A stretch of 23,688 nucleotides of DNA from an uncultured Methanomicrobiaceae archaeon (GTDB lineage: Archaea > Halobacteriota > Methanomicrobia > Methanomicrobiales > Methanoculleaceae): positions 1-23,688 of the forward strand of contig CAWGXH010000009.1 in the NCBI GenBank assembly GCA_963826525.1, in the 5' to 3' direction. The stretch's first letter is position 1, and every line of letters begins with the position of its first letter. The position numbers were made by a program, and so were the translations under genes. This document shows, one piece after another, positions 1-7,876 of this stretch. Below the pieces are notes generated by a model. The model was not told the origin of the DNA, did not search any database, and saw nothing but the letters and a program-made list of their open reading frames with translations.

Positions 1-1109
1 ATCTCATCATCGAGTTCGTGACGGAACTCCAGGCATCGCAGGGGATCACCGTCAGCAGGGCGAACAAGATCACGTCGCACCTGGTCAACTGGCGCCGCTA
101 CATCGGCCCCTACCGGGCAGCGACCACCGGCGATATCTTCTCGGCCATAGCCACCATCAAAGATGCCCGGAGCCAGCGGGGCAGGTCGTTCAAGCAGAAC
201 ACCCTGCACGACTACGTCATGTTTCTCAAGCGGTTCTATCTCTGGCTGATCGAAAACGAGTACTCAAGCGTCTCACAGGCAAAGGTCCGGAAGATCAGAC
301 CGCCACGGGTAGACCGCTGCACCAAACTCCCCGAACAGATGCTCTCGCAGGAGGAGATAGAAGCGCTCCTGCGGGCCTGCCAATCTTCCCGCGACCGGGC
401 GATCATCGCACTCCTCTACGAGTCCGGGTGCCGCATCGGCGAACTCGCCCGGCTCACCTGGCAGCGGGTGCAGTTCGACGCCTACGGGATGGTGGTCTCC
501 GTCGAGGACACGAAGTGCCACACCCAGCGCTACGTGCGGCTGGTCATGGCCACCCCGTACCTCGCGGCCTGGAAGAACGATTATCCCTTCGCGCCCACCG
601 GCGACGCCCTGGTCTTCATCACGCGACAGAAGAGGCCGCTCCAGCACGCCACCGTCTACGAACAGCTCCCCAAAATCGCCAAACGGGCGGGCATCACCAA
701 GAATATCACCCCGCACATCTTCCGGCACTCTCGGATCACGCACCTCATCAACCAGGGGATGAAGGAGTCGGTCATCAAACTGATGATGTGGGGAAACCTC
801 AACACCGATATGTTCGCTACCTACGCCCACCTCACCGGCCAGGACATCGACAAAGAAGTTCTCGGGCAGTACGGCCTCATCCAGCAGGAGAAGGCGGAGG
901 AACGGTATCTCGAACCGGTGCAGTGCCCCGGTTGCAGGACCATCAACGCCCCGCGCTCGAACTACTGCTCCACCTGCGGCAGGTCGTTCACCGAAGGCAG
1001 TGAGGAGACGCAGGAGGAGATGAGCAAGGATGTGCTCGAGAACCCGGAGCTCGTGCGGAAACTGCTGACCGAGCTGATCGAGGAGAAGAAGCGGAAGGGT
1101 GAGCTCTGA
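1..1109 (+). CDS. Tyrosine recombinase/integrase with C-terminal zinc ribbon (5' end outside window)
   Basis: Catalytic motifs LYESGCRIGE (Arg), TPHIFRHS (HxxR) and ATYAHL (Tyr nucleophile); C-terminal CPGC...CSTC zinc ribbon as in many euryarchaeal integrases. The frame is open from base 3 (LIIEFVTE...). Confidence 0.93.
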   Translation, partial: LIIEFVTELQASQGITVSRANKITSHLVNWRRYIGPYRAATTGDIFSAIATIKDARSQRGRSFKQNTLHDYVMFLKRFYLWLIENEYSSVSQAKVRKIRPPRVDRCTKLPEQMLSQEEIEALLRACQSSRDRAIIALLYESGCRIGELARLTWQRVQFDAYGMVVSVEDTKCHTQRYVRLVMATPYLAAWKNDYPFAPTGDALVFITRQKRPLQHATVYEQLPKIAKRAGITKNITPHIFRHSRITHLINQGMKESVIKLMMWGNLNTDMFATYAHLTGQDIDKEVLGQYGLIQQEKAEERYLEPVQCPGCRTINAPRSNYCSTCGRSFTEGSEETQEEMSKDVLENPELVRKLLTELIEEKKRKGEL

Positions 1110-1189
1110 TGCTCGCGCCCAATCCCGGGAGGGGCAATCTTCATCATCTCCTCACCCCCAGGTACGATCAGGAGGCGAGCAGAACCCGT

Positions 1190-1510
1190 ATGGCAGTCCA
1201 GGTGCGCCGGGATGAGAAGAGCACTTTCGTCGCTCAACTCGAAGAAGTGCTCCCGCTGCTCCGGGAGCGGTTCGGCGTCACGAAGATCGGCATCTTCGGA
1301 TCGACCGCCCGGGGCGAAGACCGGCCGGAGAGCGACGTGGATGTGCTGGTCGAGCTGTCGCCGGACCACCTCACGTTCCGGAACTTTTCAGCGCTCGCCG
1401 ATTTCCTGGAGGAACTCTACGGGCGGAGGGTCGACCTGCTCACCGTCGGAGGGCTCGATCCTCTCATCCGGCAGGATGTGGAGAGCGAGGTGGTCTGGTG
1501 TGAAGCGTGA
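1190..1510 (+). CDS. mntA: MNT (minimal nucleotidyltransferase) antitoxin of a type VII HEPN-MNT TA system
   Basis: IFGSTARGE...SDVDVLV matches GSx10DxD; GRRVDL motif; ATG 1190 preceded by GGAGG; overlaps the HEPN gene. Confidence 0.92.
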   Translation: MAVQVRRDEKSTFVAQLEEVLPLLRERFGVTKIGIFGSTARGEDRPESDVDVLVELSPDHLTFRNFSALADFLEELYGRRVDLLTVGGLDPLIRQDVESEVVWCEA

Positions 1511-1859
1511 CTCCGTGTACCTCGCCCACATCCTCGAGGAGATGGAGTTTATCGAGGCCCACTTCTCCGACCGATCCTTCGAGGAGATTGTCCGGGATGA
1601 GGTGATGAAGCGATCGGTCCTCCGGAGCCTTGAGGTCATCGGGGAGGCGTCGAAGAATCTCTCTCCCGAGGTCAGGGAACGGTATCCCGACATCCCCTGG
1701 AATGGCATGGCACGGATGCGGGACAGACTGATCCACGGCTACTTCAGCGTCAGGTGGGAACTCGTTCTGGATGTAGTGCAGAACGAGGTTCCGGCAGTCG
1801 AGCCGAAGATACGGGAAGTCTATGCAGCGTTGCTCTCGGAAGAGGCGGGCGGCCGATGA
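1500..1859 (+). CDS. hepT: HEPN (DUF86) RNase toxin
   Basis: GTG start at 1500 (VKRDSVYLAHILE); LEVIGEASK, YPDIPW and RDRLIHGY (Rx4HxY) motifs. Confidence 0.92.
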   Translation: MKRDSVYLAHILEEMEFIEAHFSDRSFEEIVRDEVMKRSVLRSLEVIGEASKNLSPEVRERYPDIPWNGMARMRDRLIHGYFSVRWELVLDVVQNEVPAVEPKIREVYAALLSEEAGGR

Positions 1860-2104
1860 CCTATTCTATCTGGATTGTCCCAAGCGACGAGGACGAGGGG
1901 TTCATCGCCGTCGTTCCGGAGCTTCCCGGGTGTTCCGCATTCGGCGAGACCGAAGAGGAGGCGCTCGCCGAGGTGAAGGTGGCCATCGACCTCTGGCTCG
2001 AGACCGCCCGGGAGGAGGGACGGGAGATCCCGGAGCCAAGCGGCCGGGAGATCCTGCGGGACATCCTTGCCGGGAAGGGCGTTGTCCGCGAGCAGATGGC
2101 ATAA
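1856..2104 (+). CDS. hicB: HicB-family antitoxin (short, no adjacent HicA)
   Basis: EGFIAVVPELPGCSAFGETEEEAL...IPEP is the HicB signature; ATGA overlap with the hepT stop. Confidence 0.88.
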   Translation: MTYSIWIVPSDEDEGFIAVVPELPGCSAFGETEEEALAEVKVAIDLWLETAREEGREIPEPSGREILRDILAGKGVVREQMA

Positions 2105-2180
2105 ACCCATCTTTGCTCCTGCTTCCACGTAAAATCGCTATATTCTCTATGAAACTTGCACATTTGCATTACTTGATTTA

Positions 2181-2193
2181 AAAAACTTTATAC
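2181..2193 (+). promoter_or_regulatory. Archaeal BRE/TATA promoter candidate for the DUF6236-like gene
   Basis: AAAAAC-TTTATA (TATA at 2187-2192), about 24 nt before ATG 2216, consistent with a leaderless transcript. Confidence 0.55.
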
Positions 2194-2215
2194 TTTCACC
2201 GGGAGCAGATTGGAT

Positions 2216-3367
2216 ATGAAAACCATCGAGACGCTGTTATACTACCCAACAGTAGCAGTACCCCGCGAATGGGCAAAAACCGCTCTTTTTAATGGTTACT
2301 CGGTTGGTTCGATCACTCCACGTGACTGGTATAGTTCACAAAGGGATGAGTTCATATTTAATCCGTCCTTCAACGAAATGTGGCCACAAGGCGCTTCAAA
2401 TTATTATTTATCACGGAATGAAGTTGAAGAATTATCTTCAAATGATCTTTTCAAAAAGTTCGATCCAACTGGAAGAAATCAAGATTATAACGGTTTTGAA
2501 GATGAATTTCTTGGAATAATCGAATCTGAAGGCTTTAAAGAACTATTGAACCAAAAGAAAGAGTTTTCTAACATTCCTGCTGAAGAACGCCATAAGCAAT
2601 CCTGGATTCACAGAGATAAAATTTCCATGAATATTATTGAGTATTTAGTTAAGAAAAAGCTGGCACTCAAGACACCGAAAAAAGATAGGGGTATGGATTA
2701 CTATATTGTGGATAACACCATCTCCGACCTTTATATGTCACTTCTGTCCCAAAACATAGCCGATAATAACTCATACCCAAATACCCCTGGAATATTGCCC
2801 TCATCGGAAAAAATTGATCACTGGAAAAACCTCTCAAATCCAAGTTATTCAATCAACAAACAGGCATGTATCAATGTACTTATCAACGGAGGGGCATTGT
2901 CCCCTGTGCCGGGTACGCCTATAGAATCGATCATCAGCTTCCGTGACGACCATAGACGTGAATGCTTCAAGTATCAACGAAAATTGTTTAAAATTGTTAA
3001 AGATGTATCTCAGAAGCACACTTGGGACGCAATTCCTGCAGTAATGCAAGATGAAGTAAGAGAGATCCTGGTAGATCTAGATGCTCTTGAGCAAGATCTC
3101 GATCAATTAAAAATTCAATGCAGACGCAATGCTGTATTCCTTTCAGTAGCCCCAATTGCCTCTTTGGGGGCAAGTATCATGGAAGGTTTAGGAACAGGAA
3201 GTTTTCCGACTTGGGAACTTATCGACAGAATGGTTGATGGTTTAAGTGCAATTATCGCCCCATATATCAGTTATAGAAGAGATCGCATCCAAAGATTGGA
3301 TGATTCACCCTCAACGTACCTTTATCTTGCAAACACTCAAGGAATCGGTAACATTTCATTGAACTAA
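2216..3367 (+). CDS. AT-rich hypothetical protein, DUF6236-like
   Basis: Uninterrupted ORF of about 383 aa. N-terminal LLYYPTVAVP..W, PVPGTPIESIISFR and C-terminal YLYLA resemble DUF6236 proteins as I recall them; much more AT-rich than the flanks. Confidence 0.6.
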   Translation: MKTIETLLYYPTVAVPREWAKTALFNGYSVGSITPRDWYSSQRDEFIFNPSFNEMWPQGASNYYLSRNEVEELSSNDLFKKFDPTGRNQDYNGFEDEFLGIIESEGFKELLNQKKEFSNIPAEERHKQSWIHRDKISMNIIEYLVKKKLALKTPKKDRGMDYYIVDNTISDLYMSLLSQNIADNNSYPNTPGILPSSEKIDHWKNLSNPSYSINKQACINVLINGGALSPVPGTPIESIISFRDDHRRECFKYQRKLFKIVKDVSQKHTWDAIPAVMQDEVREILVDLDALEQDLDQLKIQCRRNAVFLSVAPIASLGASIMEGLGTGSFPTWELIDRMVDGLSAIIAPYISYRRDRIQRLDDSPSTYLYLANTQGIGNISLN

Positions 3368-3676
3368 TAATCAGGCTCACAGAAAATAGATTCTAGATTA
3401 AACTCCTGAGTTCAAGTAGAAATCCATTACAATGAATAACGGGCTGTGAATGGCAGGGCGGTTAATTTTTACACAGAAAACAGGTGTTTTCACCTCTCCC
3501 CCGTTTGCTTTTCTCCATTGCAGAAAAACAATTTTCACTGCCCGCAGAATGTGTTGCTGTACATTTATCACCAGTCACTCTTCAGGTCCTTCGTTACAAT
3601 CCTCTGAGAGACTGTGGATAGCCGTCTGCTCTTTATATGTCGAAATGGCAAACATACCATAGGCTGGCCGGGAAGC

Positions 3677-4354
3677 TCATACCCGCTCATACTCAATGGG
3701 CCGCTTGCCACTGGCAGCCCAGCCGCCTTGAGGAGCAACAGACTCGGGGACCGGCTCCCCCTCCAGGAGATGGGCAGGCGAGGTCGCTAGCACCCGTTCA
3801 AGCCAATCTCCACGTCGGGCAGGATTGCTCTGACCGCCGCCGGGCACTGTGACCTGCCAGCAGTTTACTGTTCCGTTCACATCCTTCCAGAACGGGTTGA
3901 GCGCTTTCCGATATTGTGAAGCGAGCAGGGACCAGACGTTGGTTACTTTCCGCCTCCTTACGTAGTCTTCAAGAACGGCGCCCAGCTCCATCTGCTGCCA
4001 GAATCGATATGCTTTCATCCCGGCCACATCGTCGTCCATGCACAAGTCGTATTTTGCAATCGGTTCCGCCGGATGCACGAGTCCATAGTACGCCGAGACT
4101 ATCAGCAGGTCGATCTGCGGGTATCGGCCGTTGGCCACGGCTCCCATGCTTTCCTGGCACCGGCTGTAGAGGGCACCGTCGTAGAGCGAAACCGCAGGCA
4201 CGGCCGGCCCCGTGGTGATGTCACCTGCTAGATCAACCATGTGCTCCCGGAGCGGCAGTATTCCCGCAACGGAGATCCCCGTCTCGATCTTGAATGGACG
4301 AGGTACCTTCTTCTTACAGCACGGGACGAGCACGAGCGCCCGTTCACCTGCCAT
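3677..4354 (-). CDS. YaaA/DUF328-like (DUF6884-type) protein
   Basis: LVLVPCCKKK, PAVSLYDGALY and LLIVSAYYGLVHPAEPIAKYDLCM match the YaaA/DUF6884 pattern; start overlaps the glycosylase stop and has GGAGGTG upstream. Confidence 0.7.
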   Translation of the reverse strand: MAGERALVLVPCCKKKVPRPFKIETGISVAGILPLREHMVDLAGDITTGPAVPAVSLYDGALYSRCQESMGAVANGRYPQIDLLIVSAYYGLVHPAEPIAKYDLCMDDDVAGMKAYRFWQQMELGAVLEDYVRRRKVTNVWSLLASQYRKALNPFWKDVNGTVNCWQVTVPGGGQSNPARRGDWLERVLATSPAHLLEGEPVPESVAPQGGWAASGKRPIEYERV

Positions 4355-5157
4355 TCGCACCTCCGCCGATCAACGCTGCGATCGCGTTCCCGGCCTCGCC
4401 AATCTCCATTTCACGGCAATAGACTCGGATCGCGTGTTCACCCACATCATCGGCGACCTGCCAGACGAACGAGTCAAGGTGGATCATGGTCACATGCGGT
4501 TTCGTCGCTCGAACGCCGGTGAGGACGGCATCCCAGTAAGCTCGAACCGAGTCATCCGAACCGGTCGAACCCCCAAGCGCTTCGGTCAGCCGACGAACCC
4601 GAAGGTCGACCGGGATGGCGAGTGTCTGGGACGGAAAGTTGTACTCGCCGGCCATGATGAGGGCGAGCCCCAGGCACTTCATGGCGAACACTATCGTCTT
4701 CTTCTCCATCCCTTGGTTCATTACGGTAGCCAGCCGTCGCCAGATGTCTTCAAATTCCTCTGCGACCTTTCGCGGCTCTGCCTGCCAGAGCTCGTCCGCG
4801 AGATCGCTCTTGAGGAATTTATGAAGTCGGCTCACTTTCATTTCGTTGTACCGTTCCCGTTCGTAGAAAGGCTGGAGCAAGTCTGCGAGTTTTGCCGGTG
4901 ATACCGGTGCTTCTGCCCCTTCAAGTCGGGCTCGGATTGGCGGCCAGTACGCCCTGTCGGCCTTCCCTTTCAGCTGGAAATCATTCAGACCGGCCATGAC
5001 CATGAGGGTCGCGAACGGCCCGAACGTGTAACGAGGGAGGAAATTCACCATTTCCCGCCACTCCGGCTCACTGACCATGATCTTCTCCCAGCTCCCGGTC
5101 CGGAACCTGAGGAAGGAGCCGAACAAATTCTTCCTGATACATATTATCTTGTGTCAT
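4344..5157 (-). CDS. AGOG-family N-glycosylase/DNA (AP) lyase
   Basis: FQLKGK...YW, KKTIVFAMK (catalytic Lys), IPVDLRV (catalytic Asp) and IHLDSFVW match the archaeal 8-oxoG glycosylase family. The probable start is ATG 5157 (MTQDNMYQEEFVRLLPQVPD) after GAGGCGG, joined through one extra base near 5098. Confidence 0.82.
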
Positions 5158-5169
5158 TTCTCCGCCTCA

Positions 5170-5574
5170 TCAGCAGGCTACGGGATATGCCGCTCCTGCA
5201 GTGCCTAGCCTCAAAACATCCCGCGGGTAAGTGAGTCGGTAATCGACCGCGTACGGCCGGGCAAGCCGGTCGTCGATACGATCCCCAAAGTAACCCTTAA
5301 TGTACGGTTTCACCATCGCGGTGAACCGGATGCGCTCGCCCTGCCTGAAACTGCCTTCCTTGTCAAACCCGGCAGTATAGTTCAGCCAGATATGCTGCGT
5401 GACGAAACGTCCGTCAAGCGTTCTCACATCTTTGAGCAAGATGGTTTTCCCGACCACGCCATGCTTCCGATAGACACCGTATCTGTCGAAGGACGCGGTG
5501 AACGTGACCCTCTGCCCTTCGAATGCCTGTAGATCCGCTCTCAGCCCTTTCACAGGCTGTTGTTGGAGTTCCAA
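5170..5574 (-). CDS. Conserved hypothetical protein, probable OB-fold-like beta barrel
   Basis: Beta-rich pattern FTASFDRYG...TILLKDV...HIWLNYTAGF...GERIRFTAMVKPYIKGY...DYRLTYP, resembling small phage/MGE proteins. The start may be GTG 5553, about 25 nt from the TATA box. Confidence 0.6.
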   Translation of the reverse strand: MELQQQPVKGLRADLQAFEGQRVTFTASFDRYGVYRKHGVVGKTILLKDVRTLDGRFVTQHIWLNYTAGFDKEGSFRQGERIRFTAMVKPYIKGYFGDRIDDRLARPYAVDYRLTYPRDVLRLGTAGAAYPVAC

Positions 5575-5577
5575 GCG

Positions 5578-5588
5578 TTTAATATAAA
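5578..5588. promoter_or_regulatory. Shared bidirectional TATA element between divergent genes
   Basis: TTTAATATAAA reads as a TATA box on both strands, 25-30 nt from GTG 5553 (-) and ATG 5618 (+). Confidence 0.55.
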
Positions 5589-5599
5589 TCTGGGATATG

Positions 5600-5640
5600 A
5601 TTTATACAATTGATATAATGGATACTATTGATACAATTGG
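5600..5640. repeat. Tandem 9-bp imperfect repeat, about 4.5 copies (consensus ATTGATACA)
   Basis: ATTTATACA ATTGATATA ATGGATACT ATTGATACA ATTGG. Confidence 0.75.
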
Positions 5641-6461
5641 CTTACCAAGATCAGTTCACATCGTTCCTCTGGGCTTCGAGATTGACCGGGCAATTGCCCT
5701 TTTCAGGGAATTAAAGATAGACCGAGTGCATATTCTAGCCATCCTTTCAGTCGGCCGCTACGACCGTGACGTGTTCTCCCGGCAACAGGTACTTCACGAG
5801 TCAAGTCGAGAAGGCACTTGCAGACCTCGCCATTCCCGTGTATGTCTGGGATGTGGACCTCTTCAACATGCACGAGGTACTCCGGCACGTTGCAGGGATC
5901 ATTAAAATTGAGACTGGAAACCGGGTCTACGTCAACATATCCGCCTGCGGCCGGTTCACCTCGATAGGCACAACACTTGCCGGGATGGCACACGACGCTG
6001 AGGTCTACTATGTCGAGGCGGACGCGTACGCGGCGAACGAAGATGATATGAAGGAACATGGCCAGTCAATCTGCTTCGGCTCGGTTGCCCGGGTACTTGA
6101 TCCGTTGCGTTTCAAGATGCCTGATGAATCTGCAATGAAGTTGCTCGTCGAGCTGTCCGGTGTCGATGAAATGCGGACAGAACAGTTGGTCGAGTTCATG
6201 AGGGTGAACCGCGTCGGCGTTTACAAAAAGGATCCGAATGTCAAACTTACAATTCAACAAACCCTCACCTCGCTGAATAAAACAATTCTTGACCGGCTAG
6301 AGGAGAACGGCTATGTGTCCCGAAAAAGAGAGGGGCGGGAGCGGAGGGTGAAGATTACCCGAGCCGGTCTGAATATGGCGTACCTCTCGGGGCTCATGCC
6401 GATTTCGAAGCCGATTCGTTCTTCCGTATCTCCGCCATCACGCCGTCAAGGATCGCCATGA
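5618..6461 (+). CDS. DUF6293/HFX_2341-family regulator (CARF-like Rossmann domain + winged HTH); one frameshift near 5789
   Basis: VHIVPLGFEIDR...IDRVHIL, VYVNISACGR, EVYYVEADAY and C-terminal LDRLEENGYVSRKREGRERRVKITRAG (wHTH). ORFs 5597-5905 and 5766-6461 join on removing one G. Confidence 0.78.
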
Positions 6462-7227
6462 AGGCCGCAAATCTTTCGGGTGTTTCGAGGGTGGAGAGGG
6501 GAAACAGCGGCGTCCCATCGATCTCGCTAGGTGGCAGATCTATGCCCAACTCATGGTTGAGGTGGGCAACCAACTGCCTTCGCTCGTTGAGATTATTGAA
6601 CGGAGGCTTTTTGCCCAAGTATTTGAGATCCAGCCCAACTTGGATGTCTTTGCGGATGACAATCAGGTTATGGAGTTCTTTCTTGTTATCGCCATACCGA
6701 AAACAGACATACTGCCGCCCACCACCAGTCACTCCCTTTTCCGGGAACCGGATCATGCCCCGGGAATCACGCCACTGTTCGATTCGTTCGGTGATATCGG
6801 GACGAGGATTACTTGTCATCACTGAGTTCCGAATGCGTTTGGGGCGATCTGCTTCAGGGGGCATAACAACAAGATCAGTCCGTGGCACGCTGTTGCGTAC
6901 ATGGTAGTATTCCTCGCACGAGACGGAGTAGTGGCGGCGCAAATAATCTCGGATCGCGTCCTGATCCTCAAGTGAAGGTAGACCCCGGAAGATCTCGGTC
7001 CGGGAGAGGCTCGAGGTCTTGGTCAGGAGAGGGCCTTCGTTCACCGAGCATTGAGCCCATCCGGAGAGCCACCGGCTTGTATCGAGTAACTTGTCAATGG
7101 ATAGTGCCTTGTAATCTGTCATTTCGAGGAGCGTGTGGATGATGGAGAAGAACACGGGCATTTCCCGAGCAAACTCAGTAATAGTAGGAGGAGTTCGGGT
7201 GTCCCAGGTATCAATGACTTCAATCAT
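6394..7227 (-). CDS. Hypothetical protein (may be the C-terminal part of 7224-7805)
   Basis: 277-aa ORF with ATGA overlap to the upstream ORF; C-terminal KPPFNNLNERRQLVAHLNHELGIDLP...PLFPLSTL segment resembles domains seen appended to nuclease-like proteins (weak recall). Confidence 0.6.
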   Translation of the reverse strand: MIEVIDTWDTRTPPTITEFAREMPVFFSIIHTLLEMTDYKALSIDKLLDTSRWLSGWAQCSVNEGPLLTKTSSLSRTEIFRGLPSLEDQDAIRDYLRRHYSVSCEEYYHVRNSVPRTDLVVMPPEADRPKRIRNSVMTSNPRPDITERIEQWRDSRGMIRFPEKGVTGGGRQYVCFRYGDNKKELHNLIVIRKDIQVGLDLKYLGKKPPFNNLNERRQLVAHLNHELGIDLPPSEIDGTPLFPLSTLETPERFAAFMAILDGVMAEIRKNESASKSA

Positions 7228-7805
7228 GTTCGATTCAGAGCATCCTGATCGGGAGGCACGTCGAGAAGGGATACTGTTAACTCTGATGAAAGGAGGTTCT
7301 CAAGGAGCAACGTGTAGCGCGTGAGGAAGGTAGCACTCCCGTAAACGCGAGAGGTGTTATTGCTGTCGATGTATCCCATCAATTTATCAAGTCCGAACCG
7401 ACGGTTGTACATTACTGACCCGTAATCATGTTTGAAGTGCTTGTCGATCCACCAGACTTCGTGAAATGAGGGATGGGCGAGGTAGGTCTCTCGGACCAGT
7501 TCGTAAGTTTGCCCCCGGTCGAGCCCTTTGCTAGCACTGATAATACGATCGCGAAACCTGAGAACCTGACCGAGAACCGCGCAATTCTCTTTCTTGAGGA
7601 AGTCAGATGTCCGCCCGTTGTTCTTCGATCCAACTCCGTTCCTAACCATCCCCGTCTGCGCCGGGCACCACGCCAGGTACACCCGCTTCACGTCCTGATG
7701 CGCCGCCTCAAGATCGTCGAGCAGCTGGGCAGCCTCCGCCGGTAGCATGAAAGGGCATACGGAGGGCTGGGATTTATAGGCACCGAAATAGAACAAAAAA
7801 TCCAA
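7224..7805 (-). CDS. Hypothetical protein
   Basis: 193-aa ORF (start TTG 7805 or ATG 7748), divergent from cdc6 across the TTTTATAT element; no family recognised. Confidence 0.55.
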   Translation of the reverse strand: MDFLFYFGAYKSQPSVCPFMLPAEAAQLLDDLEAAHQDVKRVYLAWCPAQTGMVRNGVGSKNNGRTSDFLKKENCAVLGQVLRFRDRIISASKGLDRGQTYELVRETYLAHPSFHEVWWIDKHFKHDYGSVMYNRRFGLDKLMGYIDSNNTSRVYGSATFLTRYTLLLENLLSSELTVSLLDVPPDQDALNRT

Positions 7806-7843
7806 ACGCCCTCCCCTTCACTTTCGACCCGCACCCGCCGCGA

Positions 7844-7851
7844 TTTTATAT
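7844..7851 (+). promoter_or_regulatory. TATA box candidate for cdc6 (possibly bidirectional)
   Basis: TTTTATAT about 26 nt upstream of ATG 7877, within GC-rich DNA. Confidence 0.55.
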
Positions 7852-7876
7852 GTCCCCGTTTCCTGAACGCTTACCT

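Noticed and set aside
273-1003. Alternative-frame and antisense ORFs over the integrase (and similar ones over cdc6, mod and res)
   Set aside because: These are shadow ORFs expected in high-GC coding DNA and carry no recognisable motifs.
1110-1189. att site or tRNA fragment next to the integrase
   Set aside because: No tRNA-like sequence, and no matching direct repeat noticed elsewhere in the window.
3450-3662. 70-aa ORF in the gap after the DUF6236-like gene
   Set aside because: No RBS, motif or codon bias to support it.
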